A stretch of DNA of 62,467 nt, filler included, from Dugesia japonica (lineage: Eukaryota): the NCBI GenBank assembly GCA_001938525.1. It is 5 parts of 5 records of this genome, joined end to end, with 100 filler letters (N's around TTAATTAATTAA, not from the genome) between each part and the next. Parts side by side here need not be neighbours in the genome. Positions count along the whole stretch, not along the records: positions 26,309 to 34,969 come from MQRL01540293.1; positions 35,070 to 53,979 come from MQRL01607045.1; 3 more parts are not named here. One strand, given 5' to 3'. Position 1 is the stretch's first letter. Each line of letters starts with the position of its first letter. Made by a program: the position numbers and the translations under genes. Positions 26,309 through 39,418 of this stretch are shown here, in pieces. The notes below the pieces were generated by a model. That model was given only the letters and a program-made list of their open reading frames with translations. It ran no database searches and had not been told where the DNA came from.

Positions 26309-26790
26309 TTTGAAAAATTAGTGACGAGTGAAAAAGAGAAATGGCGTCATATATGAAAGGCAATAATTGATGCTATATTTTTCTGTACCTCAAATAATTT
26401 AGAAAGTAAAGGTTTCAATGAAGTTGTTGGAAGTCATGGATGTGGAAAATTTTTAAATGTCATTGAGCTTATAGGTAAATATGATTTAATTATGAAACAT
26501 CACATTAAAAGATACAATAAAAAAAAGGTTACATACTTTTCGTGTAAAGTTCAAAACGAAATTGTGTCATTGATGGGTGAGACAGTAAGAAAGACAATGA
26601 TAACAAAAATAAAAAATTCAAAATACTTCTCAATTAGTTTTGATTGTACTCCTGATATGACAAACAGGTGTCATAGATAATAAGATATGTTGATATAAAA
26701 TCAAATTGAAAAAAACTTTGTAGATTTTATAAAAACCAATATTAAAACAGGTAAAGGACTTGCTAGAGAAATTCGTAAAAAATTATGAGA
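26309..26790 (+). mobile_element. hAT (ZMYM/DUF4371-type) transposase fragment
   Basis: GKFLNVIELIGKYD, TYFSCKVQNEIV, YFSISFDCTPD, IIRYV, KTGKGLA. Confidence 0.9.
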
Positions 26791-27374
26791 TATATTTTAA
26801 TTATAGTAATTTTTAAATATATTGAAATTCAAATTATTTGAATATTTAAAATTAAATATTCAAAATAGTAAAACGAATTTGATTTGTTTTAACATTGTTA
26901 TTTTATTACAAATTAATATCCACATTTATATAACATGACGTCAAATGAGCAGAAACCGTCCTGCAGAAATTTATGTTTAAAGAAAAGGAAGCTAAGCTGT
27001 TCAAGTTCAGAAAGGATAATGAAAGCTCAGTCAGTATTTGAGAACACCTAAAAAACGTCAAAAAATTTATCAATTTATTCGATGCTTGTAGCATAACGGC
27101 AGAAGAGAGAATTACTATATTTATTAAATATTTGGACGACAACCTAGTGAAGAAAATAAAATGTGATCCCAGTGTAAGGATTAAAAATTGAAAATTACAA
27201 TTAAAAGTTTGAAAACGAAAATGTTAAAAAAGATTTCAAGAAATTTTTAAAATATTAAAAAAACATTGTTTGAATATTCAGCATTTTAAAAATACTTTTT
27301 GAAGATGTGAAATTTCGTTTTATAAATAAAATTATTTTGAATTTAATAGACTTTACGGATAGTTTATCTGTAAC

Positions 27375-27605
27375 TAACATGGCGATCATGCCAGTACCTC
27401 ATTCGAGATGCCCTACACCCATGAATATAGCGGTAAGGTGACGACATTGAACAGTTCATCAATGGTTGCACCAAATACTTTGAATGTATTGGTGTAAAGA
27501 AAAAGGATAAAAACCTCTTGAAGGTTGTCTTAATTGATTGAGAATTAAGAGAAACATATGAATGCCAATATGAATCATTAGATTCTGAGGAACAATTGAG
27601 GAAAG
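27375..27605 (+). mobile_element. Mini-LTR family PBS plus gag start (decayed)
   Basis: aaca-TGGCGATCATGCCAG is a tRNA-Arg-like PBS. GDDIEQFINGCTKYF...ELRETYE...EEQLRK is homologous to the gags at 37.8 and 42.4 kb. Confidence 0.7.
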
Positions 27606-28029
27606 NNNNNNNNNNNNNNNNNNNNNNNNNNNNNNNNNNNNNNNNNNNNNNNNNNNNNNNNNNNNNNNNATATTTTTAGAAGTCTGAAAAATGTGAAGCT
27701 GATAGGAACAAATCCATCGTATTCATGAAAAAGACGAGCAAACTGATAACACCCCAGTTCCAGATATGGATGGATTACTTTACCAGCTGAGACATGGAAC
27801 TAATATATTATGAATATAATTTATTAATTAAACATTACCACGATGAGTCATTTGCAGAAATTTGGATTAACGATATTAGTCAATTTAAAATTTAATTCAC
27901 CTTTTGTACACTTTATAATTACAAATCCCTATACTAATAACAAAATAATTTGGATTACTAATAATTGTATTATCATTACTAAAATTCGAGTATCTATAAA
28001 AACATAAATTACATAAAACAAACAAAGAC

Positions 28030-29125
28030 TGACGTGAGCCATCCACCAATCTGGAGCGAGCACATAGGAATCCTTGCGGTGATCAGATTAACATTTCGTC
28101 GATCATCCTCTGTTAAATCTTCTAAGTCGGGAACCGTTGCAATTGAATTTATGATAAATTAATTACCTTTATAATTTCAGTTAATGATTTGATTAAATTT
28201 TCACTTCAAATTTTTTTGATTGATTTTCTTCTGAAATTGAAAAGGTATTAATATTAATTTGCCTTTACGCCCCCATTATTCCTATTGGCTAAGGGGCAGC
28301 GTTTGATCCTTCTATCGTTCTTATTAGCTAGATTGTCATTTAATTTTTTCTTATTGACCAAAATTCTGGAATTTCAAAATTACTAAAACCCTTGCAACTT
28401 TTTTCTTGGTCTAGCTACGATTTTCTAACTTAAATTTTCAAAATTACAGATTTTTTCTTGAATAGAATTTTCTGAAACACTAATCTCTTTCCTACAGGAA
28501 AGTTCTCGTTTTGCAATATTTTCATATAAATTTAATTTATTTTTATAATAAATCATTTTAATTTGTCCGATTTATTTTATTGAAAAAAATACTTATTTAT
28601 TTTCTTTTCTTTTTAATTTATTAATTACATTGATATTTTTTATTTCTAAGCCGAAATTTTATCTAATTTTCATGTTCTTCAATAATTAATTTATTTCCTG
28701 TATGTTAATTATTAATTTCATTCGATTTTCTTTCATTTAGTGAATTACTTTCTTTGATTATTTTTTGTCCTTTCTTTTTTTATCAGTCTGTTTGGGTCTT
28801 CTATTCCTTTTCTTCTTTGGTGACTCAAGAATTTATTGATCATTTTCTATGTTTCGCTCCCTAATCCTGTTTTTTTCTTTAATTATTCCTTTCATTAACT
28901 GGTCTTTAACCTTCTATTTTTCGTGTTCTTTGTTTATTTTTCGCGTATCACCCTCCTTGATTTTGGCCTTACATATCGCCATTATTAACTTCTCATATTG
29001 AGTGTTTCACACAACAATTTTTTAAAGTGATGATTTTAGGGGGTGTATTGATGACCTATCTACTTACTAGATTGTTCTTCATTTTTCGATATGAAGAAAG
29101 CATTTTTGGCCATAAGTTCTCTACC
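28030..29125 (-). repeat. Triple-CCAAT repeat family copy (K-rich ORF end, spacer, promoter-like block, ORF start)
   Basis: Colinear similarity to 44100-44790, 44885-45100, 45110-45480 and 46110-46765. Confidence 0.65.
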
Positions 29126-29149
29126 CAATGTATAGATGGTTTTTGATTT

Positions 29150-29640
29150 TCGTCCGAATGATGGTGGTTTTAACTCAAAAAATTGGAACCAACTACCCTA
29201 GGGTCAAACCTTTTGTTTTATTTGAACCTGCTTCGATCATTACCTTTAAATCGTCCTTGCTAACTTCTGATGGACATCCCCGACCTTCATCATCTCCAAG
29301 GCTCCCATCTCCACTCTTGAATTTTTTAAACCAAAGTTGCACCGTTCTTTCTTTTGCAGTTTCGTTACCGGATGCTTTTTGACTTTCCGAGTCATCTTGG
29401 CTGCTTTAGATCCCAGTTTAAATTCATATAGGAATATTGCTTGTATTTGATATTTATCCAACATGTTTTCTAAAAATAATATTTCACAATAAAATAGTAA
29501 TAAAATAAAATATTACTCGTATCATGTAGAATTGAATATCCGCTTCAAAATGACATATAGATCAATATATTAAAACAAATGGTTCTTTTAAATAATTACT
29601 TTTAAAGTAATATTTTATAAAACTGCAATTATTTTACACT
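29150..29640 (-). mobile_element. Mariner 5' half
   Basis: MLDKYQIQAIFLYEFKLGSKAA...TVQLWFKKFKSGD.SL.D.GRG.P. Confidence 0.85.
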
Positions 29641-30099
29641 TACATCTGAATAAAATTAAAACAACAGCATTGTGTTTGTCCTCCCAACAATATCAAATTT
29701 GCTCACAAAATATGATTTCAAGTGAACTTTAATGTATAAAATCAATATGTACTTTTAGACACTATTTTGAATAGGAAGGAAGCTTTTTCATAAATGTTGT
29801 ATGTATGTATTCCTATCTTACTTTTTAAAGTCTTTATTTCTTTTTCTGTGCGTCTATCACCTGTACAGTGAATCAACATATTTTCCATCATGTTTTCCTG
29901 CGTAAAAGTTTTTTTGAAAAAAAGTTATTTATCAGTTTTTCTACTTTAGCAATATACGTTTCCACATCTTCATAATTTCGCCTGAATTCTAATAGTTCTC
30001 TGAAATCTCGTATCATACTTTTTTCCTTTCTACATACTTCACTACTAGTTTCTCATCTATTAGACACGTTACCAAACGCATTTAAACTTTTTATTGTGT

Positions 30100-33000
30100 A
30101 TTCCCTTGACTCCAAAATGCATTTCGCACTTATATCATATCGATATCATCTTGTTTTCTGTATATTTTTTGCTTTTATCTGTTTATCTTCAACTACTTCC
30201 GTATTGGTTGGTATAAATTTCTTACATCGATTTTCATGTACAAATATCGGTCCATGATTTATTTTATTTTTTAGTTGTAACAGAACATTCGTCTCTGTAG
30301 TTTTTACAACTTCGCATGTTCCTTTAAACGGCCTCAGTAATTTTGGTGATAACCCTTTTTTATTTGAATGTCCTACCAGCATCACTAGATCTCCGACTAT
30401 AAATGAATTTTCTTTAGTTGTCCTGTCCTATCTCTCTTTCATTGATTCTTGATTGGATTTAACGTTCAATCCTGCTCTGGAACACGCCTCTGGTAATCTT
30501 TCTCTCAATACTATTGCATAATCTTTTTCATCCATGTATTCCAAAACCTTGAAATAGAAGATTAAATCAACTGACATATTTGCAATTTGGCCATACATTA
30601 TAAAGAATGGTGATTGTCCTATACTTGGTTGAATCGCATTTCTGTATGCAAATAAACATGAAGAAATATGTACATCCCAGTCAGTTTGATTTGTATTGAC
30701 ATATGATGCTAGCATGTTAGCAAGTGTGTCATTAAATCGCTCTACTAGACCATCTGTTTGTGGATGGTATAGTAAAGTGTTTAACTTCAGAATTCCGAAA
30801 TAATCGTTTATTATTTTGATAGGATTACTCATAAAATCGGTTCCTCGGTCAGATAACAATTTTTTAGGAACTCCACTTTTGAATATTATTTGTTCAACAA
30901 ATACTTTTGCTATGGTAAATACTTCGTGACTTGGTAAGGAAAAAGCTTTGGGCTATTTTGTAAGTTAGTTACAAAATACTAAGATGACTTTGTTTCCGTT
31001 ATTTGTTAATGGAAATCTACCAAGAACATCCACTGCTAATACATCCCACGGATGTAATGAAACTGGCATAGGTTTTAATGAAACTTAGCTTTCTTTTCCG
31101 TGTTTCTTCTAGTGGCACAAATCTGACAAGATTGACGCCAAGTTTTGAGATCTTGTTTCATAGACGGCTAGAAATATTTGACTTTTAACCTGGAAAATGT
31201 CTTCATGGCGAACAAATGTCCTCCTAATGCTCCATCATGGTATTATAGCAATAATGAATCTCTTAAGACAGTAGATACCACAATCGTTGAGAGTTCAGCA
31301 TTCATGAATTTCATAATACCTTCGTAGATTATGCCGATGTTTGTACCATCCTTTCGGTAATTCAGTTATTTCACCTTTGATGAAACTGTTGACTAATTTT
31401 AACTCCGCGTTCTCTTGTTGCGCTTGTTTAACATCGATTTCACTGTTAGCCTTTTTCAACACTGTAAATGTAGTAGATATGGTTTCATTGGGCTCATACT
31501 TTAATCGAGATATAGCATCTACTTTTGCGTTGGCTCGTCCTTTTCGGTATCGTATTACGATATCATACTATTGTAACTCTAATGCTCACCTGATAAGTTC
31601 GGACATATCATTTTTGTGTTTCATTAGCCAATGTAATTGACAGTGATCAGTTAGTACTATTATTTTTCTTCCCCATAAATATTGTCTGAACGTCTGTATT
31701 GCAGAAATTATTGCGTACGTTTCTGATTCAATAGCTGCATAGTTTCTTTGATGTTTCTTAATTAGCTGGATTGCATAAGCTATGTCATCTCTTTTCCATC
31801 GTCATCTATTTGTCCTAAGACTGCTGCGACTGCTAAGTTACTCGCGTCAGTCATTACGTAAAATTGTTTTGGCAAATCTGGATGTAGCAAGATTAGCTAG
31901 GTAATTAATTTCTCTTTTAGTATTTCAAAAGCTTTCTGCTGTTTGGCACCCCAAATAAATTTTATATTTTTCCTAACCAATTTGGTTATTTNNNNNNNNN
32001 NNNNNNNGAAATTCTCTATAAAGTTTCGATAATAACTTGCCAATGTTACAAATGATTTGGTCTCCTTTTGATTTATCTGTACTGGGTAATCTATTACTTT
32101 TTAATGTTATTTGTATCTGTTTTAACCCCATTTTTTGATATAATATTGCCAAGGTATACGATTTCCTCTTGATACCATTTGCATTGTCTTGGTTTAAACC
32201 TGATTCCCGTTTGACTCGTGTGTTGAAACACTACCTCAATCTCTTGGAGATGTGATTCAAAATCTTCTGAAAATATTATATCCTTATTGATATACACGAT
32301 GGCATGATCTACATTCATTAATGCGTAATTCATCACTCTCTGAAAAGAAGTTGATGCTCCGGTTAAATCAAAGGGCCTAACATTGTAATCAAACAATTCT
32401 TTGTCTGTGGCAAATGCAGTTATTTCTTTGGCTTGTTTTTCCATATCTACTCGATGAAATCCCATATTTGCATCTAAAGTTGAGAGTTTTTTGGAGTTTT
32501 GTAATCACCGTATCTGTACGTTTTGCTGATTTTTCATCCGTTTGCCTTATTGAACTTTTTGAATTTGGAAACAACAATTTCTTTCTTTATCCAAATTGCA
32601 GATTCTGATCGAATGTTCCTATTTTTTGGTCTACTTATGCAATTGCTGATTAGAATATTATATTTTCTAATGAATTCCGGATTTGGTTTGAATATTAAGT
32701 CTTCGGTAATTTCTTTATCTACATTGACAGAGCAGATTTCTTCTGTTCTTTTAGGAATTTTGATTCTGTTTGAAATAATTAATTGATCTATATCGTATAC
32801 TATCCTTTTATCAGGAGTAGTCTTTACCAAATTACCGCTAGCGCAATCAAAATTTACATCTTGTAATTGTCTTAATACATCCATTCTCAATATTGTTTCA
32901 CTTGGACACTTTTCCATTACTCTTGCTAGATTAATAGTAGGCGTATTTTCTAAACTGTTTTCAATTAATATGGCTTTTTAATTAATTCATTATAGAGTTC

Positions 33001-33616
33001 ACCTATATAAAAAAAACAAACTACGTATATTCGCTTTTAATCTAGTCCACAGCTTATCTTTTACTACCGCTCTAATTTGCTCATTCCAGGCGTCTCAGAC
33101 ACGAAAATCTTTCTTGGCTACTGTAGTTAATTGATAGAATAACTCTCCAAAGACTTCATCGACTTTTTGCCTGCACTGATAGAATGCATATCTGAATATT
33201 CTAGGAACATCTCCAGGAAATCTTTTACCTTGGAATGCATCTTGGAAGTCAGCCATATCTCGCCGGTGGTTCTTGTCCTCCCATTATCTCGTAATATACA
33301 TTGCGCGCCATCCCATTTAAATAGATAGGAAGCCGCCGTATCGTCTGAGCCTCGTTTACACTGTAAGCTTCAGAAATTTGATATATTCAGACATAAATTC
33401 TGAGCAGTCAGTCGAATTCCCTATATAAATTTCTATGGGTAACTTTGAAATCTTTATATTAAGAGCGTTCTAGTTGATTAAATTATTTTGTACTACATTT
33501 AATACATTTACATCATTAGCATTAGCAATATTTTTCCCACCAAATCTCTGCAATATTTAAATGATCGTTTATTTCGTAACCAAAGCAGTAAATTATCTTA
33601 CCGTTTCTTAACACCA
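30100..33616 (-). mobile_element. Decayed Gypsy LTR retrotransposon internal region (gag-PR-RT-RH-IN)
   Basis: GFHRV, PFDLTGA..FQRVM, TDASNLAVAAVL, TDHCQL, GHLF, LSDRGTDF, YHPQTDGLVERFN; PBS-like TGGTGT at 33616. Confidence 0.92.
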
Positions 33617-33617
33617 A

Positions 33618-33866
33618 TGTATTTTAAATAATTTTACTAACTATAATTCATGATATTTAAGATGAGGTCAGGCTCAACAAATATTTGAGGTTTAAAAATC
33701 GATTATATGTATCACGAATTTCCATTTAAATGTCCTCACAATATGTACTCAATCTGACGAGACCAAAATCAGTTAATTTCCGGTTGCGGTAAATTAATTA
33801 AGACAATGATTTATTTTTATGTGTCGTTTACGTTCAACTATATATTCTATAACTTTAGATATTACA
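33618..33866 (-). repeat. Probable 5' LTR of the Gypsy element
   Basis: The minus strand begins TGTAA and ends TACA, followed 1 nt later by TGG. Confidence 0.6.
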
Positions 33867-33869
33867 GAT

Positions 33870-34187
33870 CATAGGTTCCCAACCATTTTTGGGTGGCGAC
33901 CCCTTTTCATAAAATCCATGCGACCCGCGACCCCCATACAATCCGAAAGCCATTTATGAATAAAGTAATTAAAAAAACGACGAAAAAAAATTTTTTGTTA
34001 GTATAATTTTATTTTAAATTATGTATGTTTAATAATTAATTTAATCATTAAAATTTAATGCGATAGTTGAAATTGCATATTGTCAACCAGTCTCAAAATT
34101 CGTGGATGAGTTTTGGTTAACGCCAACTTCGTGTCATGTTCAACATTTAATTGGTTTCTTACTTTTGTTTTTAAATGAAGAAGAGTT
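33870..34187 (-). mobile_element. hAT Buster/Charlie 3' end (duplicated at 34652-34969)
   Basis: KTKVRNQLNVEHD.KLAL...QLSH*; terminus cataggttcccaac. Confidence 0.8.
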
Positions 34188-34969
34188 NNNNNNNNNNNNN
34201 NNNNNNNNNNNNNNNNNNNNNNNNNNNNNNNNNNNNNAAGAGCGTTCTAGTTGATTAAATTATTTTGTACTACATTTAATACATTTACATCATTAGCATT
34301 AGCAATATTTTCCCCACCAAATCTCTGCAATATTTAAATGATCGTTTATTTCGTAACCAATGCAGTAAATTATCTTACCGTTTCTTAACACCAATGTATT
34401 TTAAATAATTTAACTATAACTCATGATATTTGAGATGACGTCAGGCTCAAAAAATATTTGAGGTTTAAAAATCGATTATATGTATCACGAATTTCAATTT
34501 AAATGTCCTCACAATATGTACTCAATCTGACGAGACCAAAATCAGTTAATTTCCGGTTGCGGTAAATTAAGAGAGTTAATTAAGACAATGATTTATTTCG
34601 ATGAGTCATTTACGTTCAACTATAAATTCTATAACTTTAGATATTACAGATCATAGGTTCCCAACCATTTTTGGGTGGCGACCCCTTTTCATAAAATTCA
34701 TGCGACCCGCGACCCCCATACAATCCGAAAGCCATTTATGAATAAAGTAATTAAAAAAACGACGAAAAAAAATTTTTTGTTAGTATAATTTTATTTTAAA
34801 TTATGTATGTTTAATAATTAATTTAATCATTAAAATTTAATGCGATAGTTGAAATTGCATATTGTCAACCAGTCTCAAAATTCGTGGATGAGTTTTGGTT
34901 AACGCCAACTTCGTGTCATGTTCAACATTTAATTGGTTTCTTACTTTTGTTTTTAAATGAAGAAGAGTT

Positions 34970-35069
34970 NNNNNNNNNNNNNNNNNNNNNNNNNNNNNNN
35001 NNNNNNNNNNNNNTTAATTAATTAANNNNNNNNNNNNNNNNNNNNNNNNNNNNNNNNNNNNNNNNNNNN
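34970..35069. other. Artificial scaffold spacer
   Basis: N44-TTAATTAATTAA-N44. Confidence 0.95.
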
Positions 35070-35143
35070 GAGTTTCAATTGAGAGTTGCAATTGAGAGTT
35101 TCAATTGAGAGTTGCAATTGAGAGTTTCAATTGAGAGTTTCAA
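35070..35143. repeat. 13-bp tandem repeat
   Basis: gagtt(t/g)caattga, about 5.5 copies. Confidence 0.9.
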
Positions 35144-35349
35144 AACTGTTCACAATAAATTTTAATAAAGTTGATTAATGAGCTATCGTCAGATAATCTC
35201 TTCAAATTCTTCTAAGGAAATTATTTATTTGAAAGAGAATTCAGTGTATAATTAAAGATATTAGGTTGAGGAAAAGGTTTGTGCGTCGTGGTTAAATTAC
35301 GATTTTTTATATAATATGTACCTTATAATATTTTTTGTTTTATTAATGT

Positions 35350-35722
35350 TACTTTATTGCAAGCAACTTGATCGAGTTTACAATGCGCTAGTTAGAAAGT
35401 ACACAAGTTTTTTTCGCGTTTTATTTAAACAGGACAATAAAAAACTAGGAAGACCTACAATAAGTTTGAAGAATTGAATGGTATCGATGATCTACTGCAT
35501 CCTGCTTATAATTCCTACGTTGCTGGACCTCATGACGGTGTCTTCCGATCAATTCACCATTTTATGAATGGTAAGCGATTTGAATTTTTCAATGATATTG
35601 AAGAAGCATGTCAAGAATTCTTCGATTCAAAGCCGATGGAGTGGAAATTTGATTAAATCCGAAAGATTGTAGATTATTGACAGAAGGTCGTGGACAATGA
35701 TGATATTTACTTTGAAGAATAG
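35350..35722 (+). mobile_element. Mariner 3' fragment
   Basis: YCKQLDRV...QDN...HPAYNSYVA..D.VFRSI.HF..GKRF. Confidence 0.8.
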
Positions 35723-36489
35723 TTCTTTTTTAACAAATTCTTGCATAAATAATCTTTATTTTAACATGGCGCACGGTGTTTTCTACATGATAATCTACTT
35801 CCAATTTTTAAAAAATTTCTTCATATAAGCCAAATCTATAATATAATTTTCCACGCACAGGAAAAGTTAAAAATCAAATAATTTCTAAAAGCAATTCCTT
35901 TTTTTGTATTTATTGCTTGAACAAAAACACAAAATAATAAATTAATAGTAAAAAATCGAATCCTCCGTTTATAGTGTTGTCCGATATAACAACACCGAAT
36001 ATTAGTACTACTTTAAGGATAAATTAAAAATGTAAATTTTATTTTGATAAATTTTATAATATTTTAACATGTTGAGTGCCGCAATGTTAAAAAAATATAC
36101 TCTTAGAGACACCACATTTTGCTTTTAATTCACTCAAAATGAAGTCAAAAATAATATTGCATCGATTTTCATTTATTTTTGTGTTTATTTATATCTTTCA
36201 ATTGTGAATTACCTGTGCACCACGCGGCCTAGAACAAANNNNNNNNNNNNNNNNNNNNNNNNNNNNNNNNNNNNNNNNNNNNNNNNNNNNNNNNATAAAA
36301 ATTGGGTAAAATAATGTTTAATAGAAGACTGGTTCTATAAGCAATATGTCCATAGAAGAATCGTACAAAAATGAAAATTGTTAGAGTAGCAAATTAGATA
36401 ATTTAATCAATATTCCAGATTACATGCAGTTTAAATCTATGCACATTTTATTTTACACAATTTTTTTAACAAGCTATTTTTTATTTTAG

Positions 36490-36565
36490 TTCATCCTAGA
36501 TTGGGTACATCCGATCTCGATCGACCTCGGAAGTTAAACAGCACTGGGCTTCGTTATTATTATAA
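36490..36565 (+). pseudogene. 5S rRNA-derived fragment (pseudogene or SINE3-like head)
   Basis: ccgatctcgatcgacctcggaagttaaacagcactgggcttcgttattatt parallels 5S CCGATCTCGTCTGATCTCGGAAGCTAAGCAGGGTCGGGCCTGGTTAGTACT. The 3' third diverges. Confidence 0.75.
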
Positions 36566-36859
36566 CGTGAGCGGTGTCGACTGAGCTTGTTTGGTATTTG
36601 GTTAGAGATAACCTTACATATTTCCAGTACAAGAAAGAGCTTACCACCTTGAACCTGGACTCTTACGAATTTGATGCAGAACGTGTTAGTTCTTTCAACT
36701 TCTCNNNTAGGAGTCTTTGTCTTTAATATTTGAAGCTTTTCAGAACAGATCTTGTCCTGTTATGTCATACCTTAGACAACACATTTATACAACTTAGTAA
36801 TGGGATTTCTTCGGTTTGCTTAATTGTTTATCGGCATATTTATCGCGGCGTGTTTAATA

Positions 36860-37593
36860 TGTGTAGTTCCCTGTACAAAAGAAAGCTCAGTGTGTATCGT
36901 GGTTAGCGAAACTGAAATATTGCCGCTGAAGTCTAAAGAACATTTGCAGGTACTTATGAAACATAACCACCAGTTCGTGAATCAATTTATATATGGAAAG
37001 CTTAGTTTCTGGAAAACGGGAGTGTTGAGAAAGAAAGAAGTACTGGAAGACGGAGAATTTCTAAGGAAAAGTTTGGTCGAATTCGTCAAAGTTTTTCCTA
37101 CAATCCCAAACAATCGGATTCCAAGTGCAAACAAATACNACGTTCCACAGTGNACAAAGTTATTCGTAAACGCATTAATTCAACTTTTGCATAATGACAA
37201 GATTGCTCGCGCTAATTTTGCTGTGAATATCCTGAGAAACCATAAAAGTTACTTTGCTATGATCCAACAAAATCTCGTCAAGAGTCTGTAAGGAAATAAC
37301 ACTTTCATTCTACAACAAGATGGTGCGTTGCGGGCCTTGAGTCTCGTGGTTCGTAATTTCCTTAATAATTGGTTGCCTGGAAATGGATAGGAATGGCGGT
37401 CCCATTGGNTATAATCCCACTGAATTTTTCTCTCTGGAATACACGCGATCTCTGTAAAAGATCGCGTGTATTCCAGCAAGATAAAAACATAGCCACAGTC
37501 ACTCCTGGAATGCTACAAAACACTTGGGCTGAGATTGAATATAGAATCGAAAAGCTACACATAACAAATGTCTCCCGTGTTAAAATTTATTAA
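36860..37593 (+). mobile_element. Decayed rosa/DD41D-like (DUF4817-type) transposase
   Basis: QKKAQCV.W, FWKTG.V, FILQQDGA, VRNFLNNWLPGKWIG, PLNFSLW. Confidence 0.75.
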
Positions 37594-37755
37594 TAATGAA
37601 GCTGCTATGAAATTGGAACTGTCTGCTAGATCGTGAAATTTGCTCCTCTAATAAATATTATGGATTTTTATTTGTGTACGATTCTTTGTATTCACTATTT
37701 TATTATACTACGCTATCTTTGTANNNNNNNNNNNNNNNNNNNNNNNNNNNNNNNN

Positions 37756-38375
37756 ACTGTTCCATTTATGATATTTATGTTCTGCAGAGGAGATGATAAT
37801 GAAAAATTCATTAAGCGTTGTGAATTGTATTTTGATGCTAAAAACATTACCGAGATGAAACAAAAGGAGAGATTAGTTTCTTGTTTATTAGATGACGACT
37901 TGCTGGAAGAATATGCAAAGACGTTGAAAAAGGTTGAAGGGTTTCAGACAAGTTTACGTTTGGCATTTGAGAAAGAGAAAGATTTACAACTACAATCGTG
38001 GAAATGAAGAAACCGATGCTTATTAGAAAAATGTAAAGAATTTAGTAAAAAAAGATTATTTTCAAAGAGTCTACAGAAGGAAAATTACAGCAAAAATGCT
38101 AGTATTTTGTGCAGATAATAAAAAGATTGAAGAAGAATTGACATTAGTAGATGTTAGTAGAAAGAAGAGGTCAAGTTGATGTAGTTAATAGTTACTCCAT
38201 AGTTATAAATCGAGATTATCAGAGACCTGTAAGTTATAGAGTGAGTGGACATGTAGATCGAAGGAAGGAAAAAAGAAATATCGATTGTTTAATGACAAAT
38301 AAAGAATTCAGAGGAAAAAATGACAGCAAGGATGCTAGTATTTTGTGTGGATAATAAAAAAATTGATAAAGAGGT
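37756..38375 (+). mobile_element. Mini-LTR family gag remnant
   Basis: GDDNEKFIKRCELYF...LLDDDLLEEY...FQTSLRLAF; internal ~60-bp duplication at about 38075 and 38310. Confidence 0.65.
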
Positions 38376-38901
38376 GACCTCCTTTAATCATCTCATACAC
38401 ACTGCCACTAAAATGTTATTCTCGCTCTGATATTTATCATTCAAGTACTCTGATGTATGAAATCCACTCCAATAAACATTCTCTACACACCGCTGATATC
38501 ATCCTACTAATAGAATTTATGTTTGATATAAAGATTCATTTTTCATAATTAAATCTTCAAATAATTCAACAATTAAATAAATTCGTGAATTGAGAACGTT
38601 TGGAANNNNNNNNNNNNNNNNNNNNNNNNNNNNNNNNNNNNNNNNNNNNNNNNNNNNNNNNNNNNNNNNNNNNNNNNNNNNNNNNNNNNNNNNNNNNNNA
38701 TCTAGTTTATCTCCATTTAAAATTTATCTCCATCAAAATGAAATAATAAAATATTCATTGATTAAAAATAAATTAAAATTTCGAAAAATCAATAATAAAT
38801 TAAACTATTTAATAAATTAAATTATAAATTAATTATATTAATTTACATTTCATTAAAAACACTGAAAATTAACTAAATAAAATAAAGGAAATTTATTTTA
38901 C

Positions 38902-39418
38902 CTGCAAAGTGGAAAGAAAACGACCCATTTCAATAGGGATATTAGTTTTGTCTTCAAGATTTTGATCTGTGGATATAATAAATCGGTCACAGGTATTACA
39001 GTTTAATTACATCTCACTACTTCCTTCCCCATAAAATGACAATGCTGGAATAAATTTAAAGCGTGCTTCTTTAGACAAATTATTCATTTCTGTACAAATT
39101 GTTGCCAGTGTTACAATAATTTTATTTAGAATTTTATTATCAGAATTAACTAAAGAAAGATATGTGGTTGATTCTGAGTGATCATGAACTAATTCAACTG
39201 GATCAAAAAAACTATCGATATTAGTTGTTCCATATCCCTCCATTACATCGACTTGAGTATCTAAATGTTGTGAAAATTCAGTTAGAAACTGCTCATATCT
39301 TTTAATCACATTATCTTCGGCAGTTTCTATGATAAAATATTAATTTCAGCTTTCAATATTATTTTAATTTACTATATGATCCATCATGAAATCTATCAAA
39401 CTTCCAATCAGTATCCAT
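38902..39418 (-). CDS. WASHC4: WASH complex subunit 4 (SWIP/KIAA1033), first three exons 39418-39373, 39326-39018, 38966-38902; 3' part not seen
   Basis: MDTDWKFDRFHDGS...DNKILNKIIVTLATICTEM...KF...FYGEG...EMGRFLSTLQ matches the SWIP N-terminus. Introns are 46 and about 51 nt, GT-AG. Confidence 0.9.

Larger units (their letters stand above)
33461..34969. repeat. ~730-bp tandem duplication across a gap
   Basis: 33461-34187 vs 34238-34969 differ by a few substitutions and small indels. Confidence 0.95.

Noticed and set aside
33750-33850. CTGACGAGACC hammerhead-like start and tail-like ttacgttcaac
   Set aside because: There is no GAAA or proper stem II, and the region is better explained as the Gypsy LTR.
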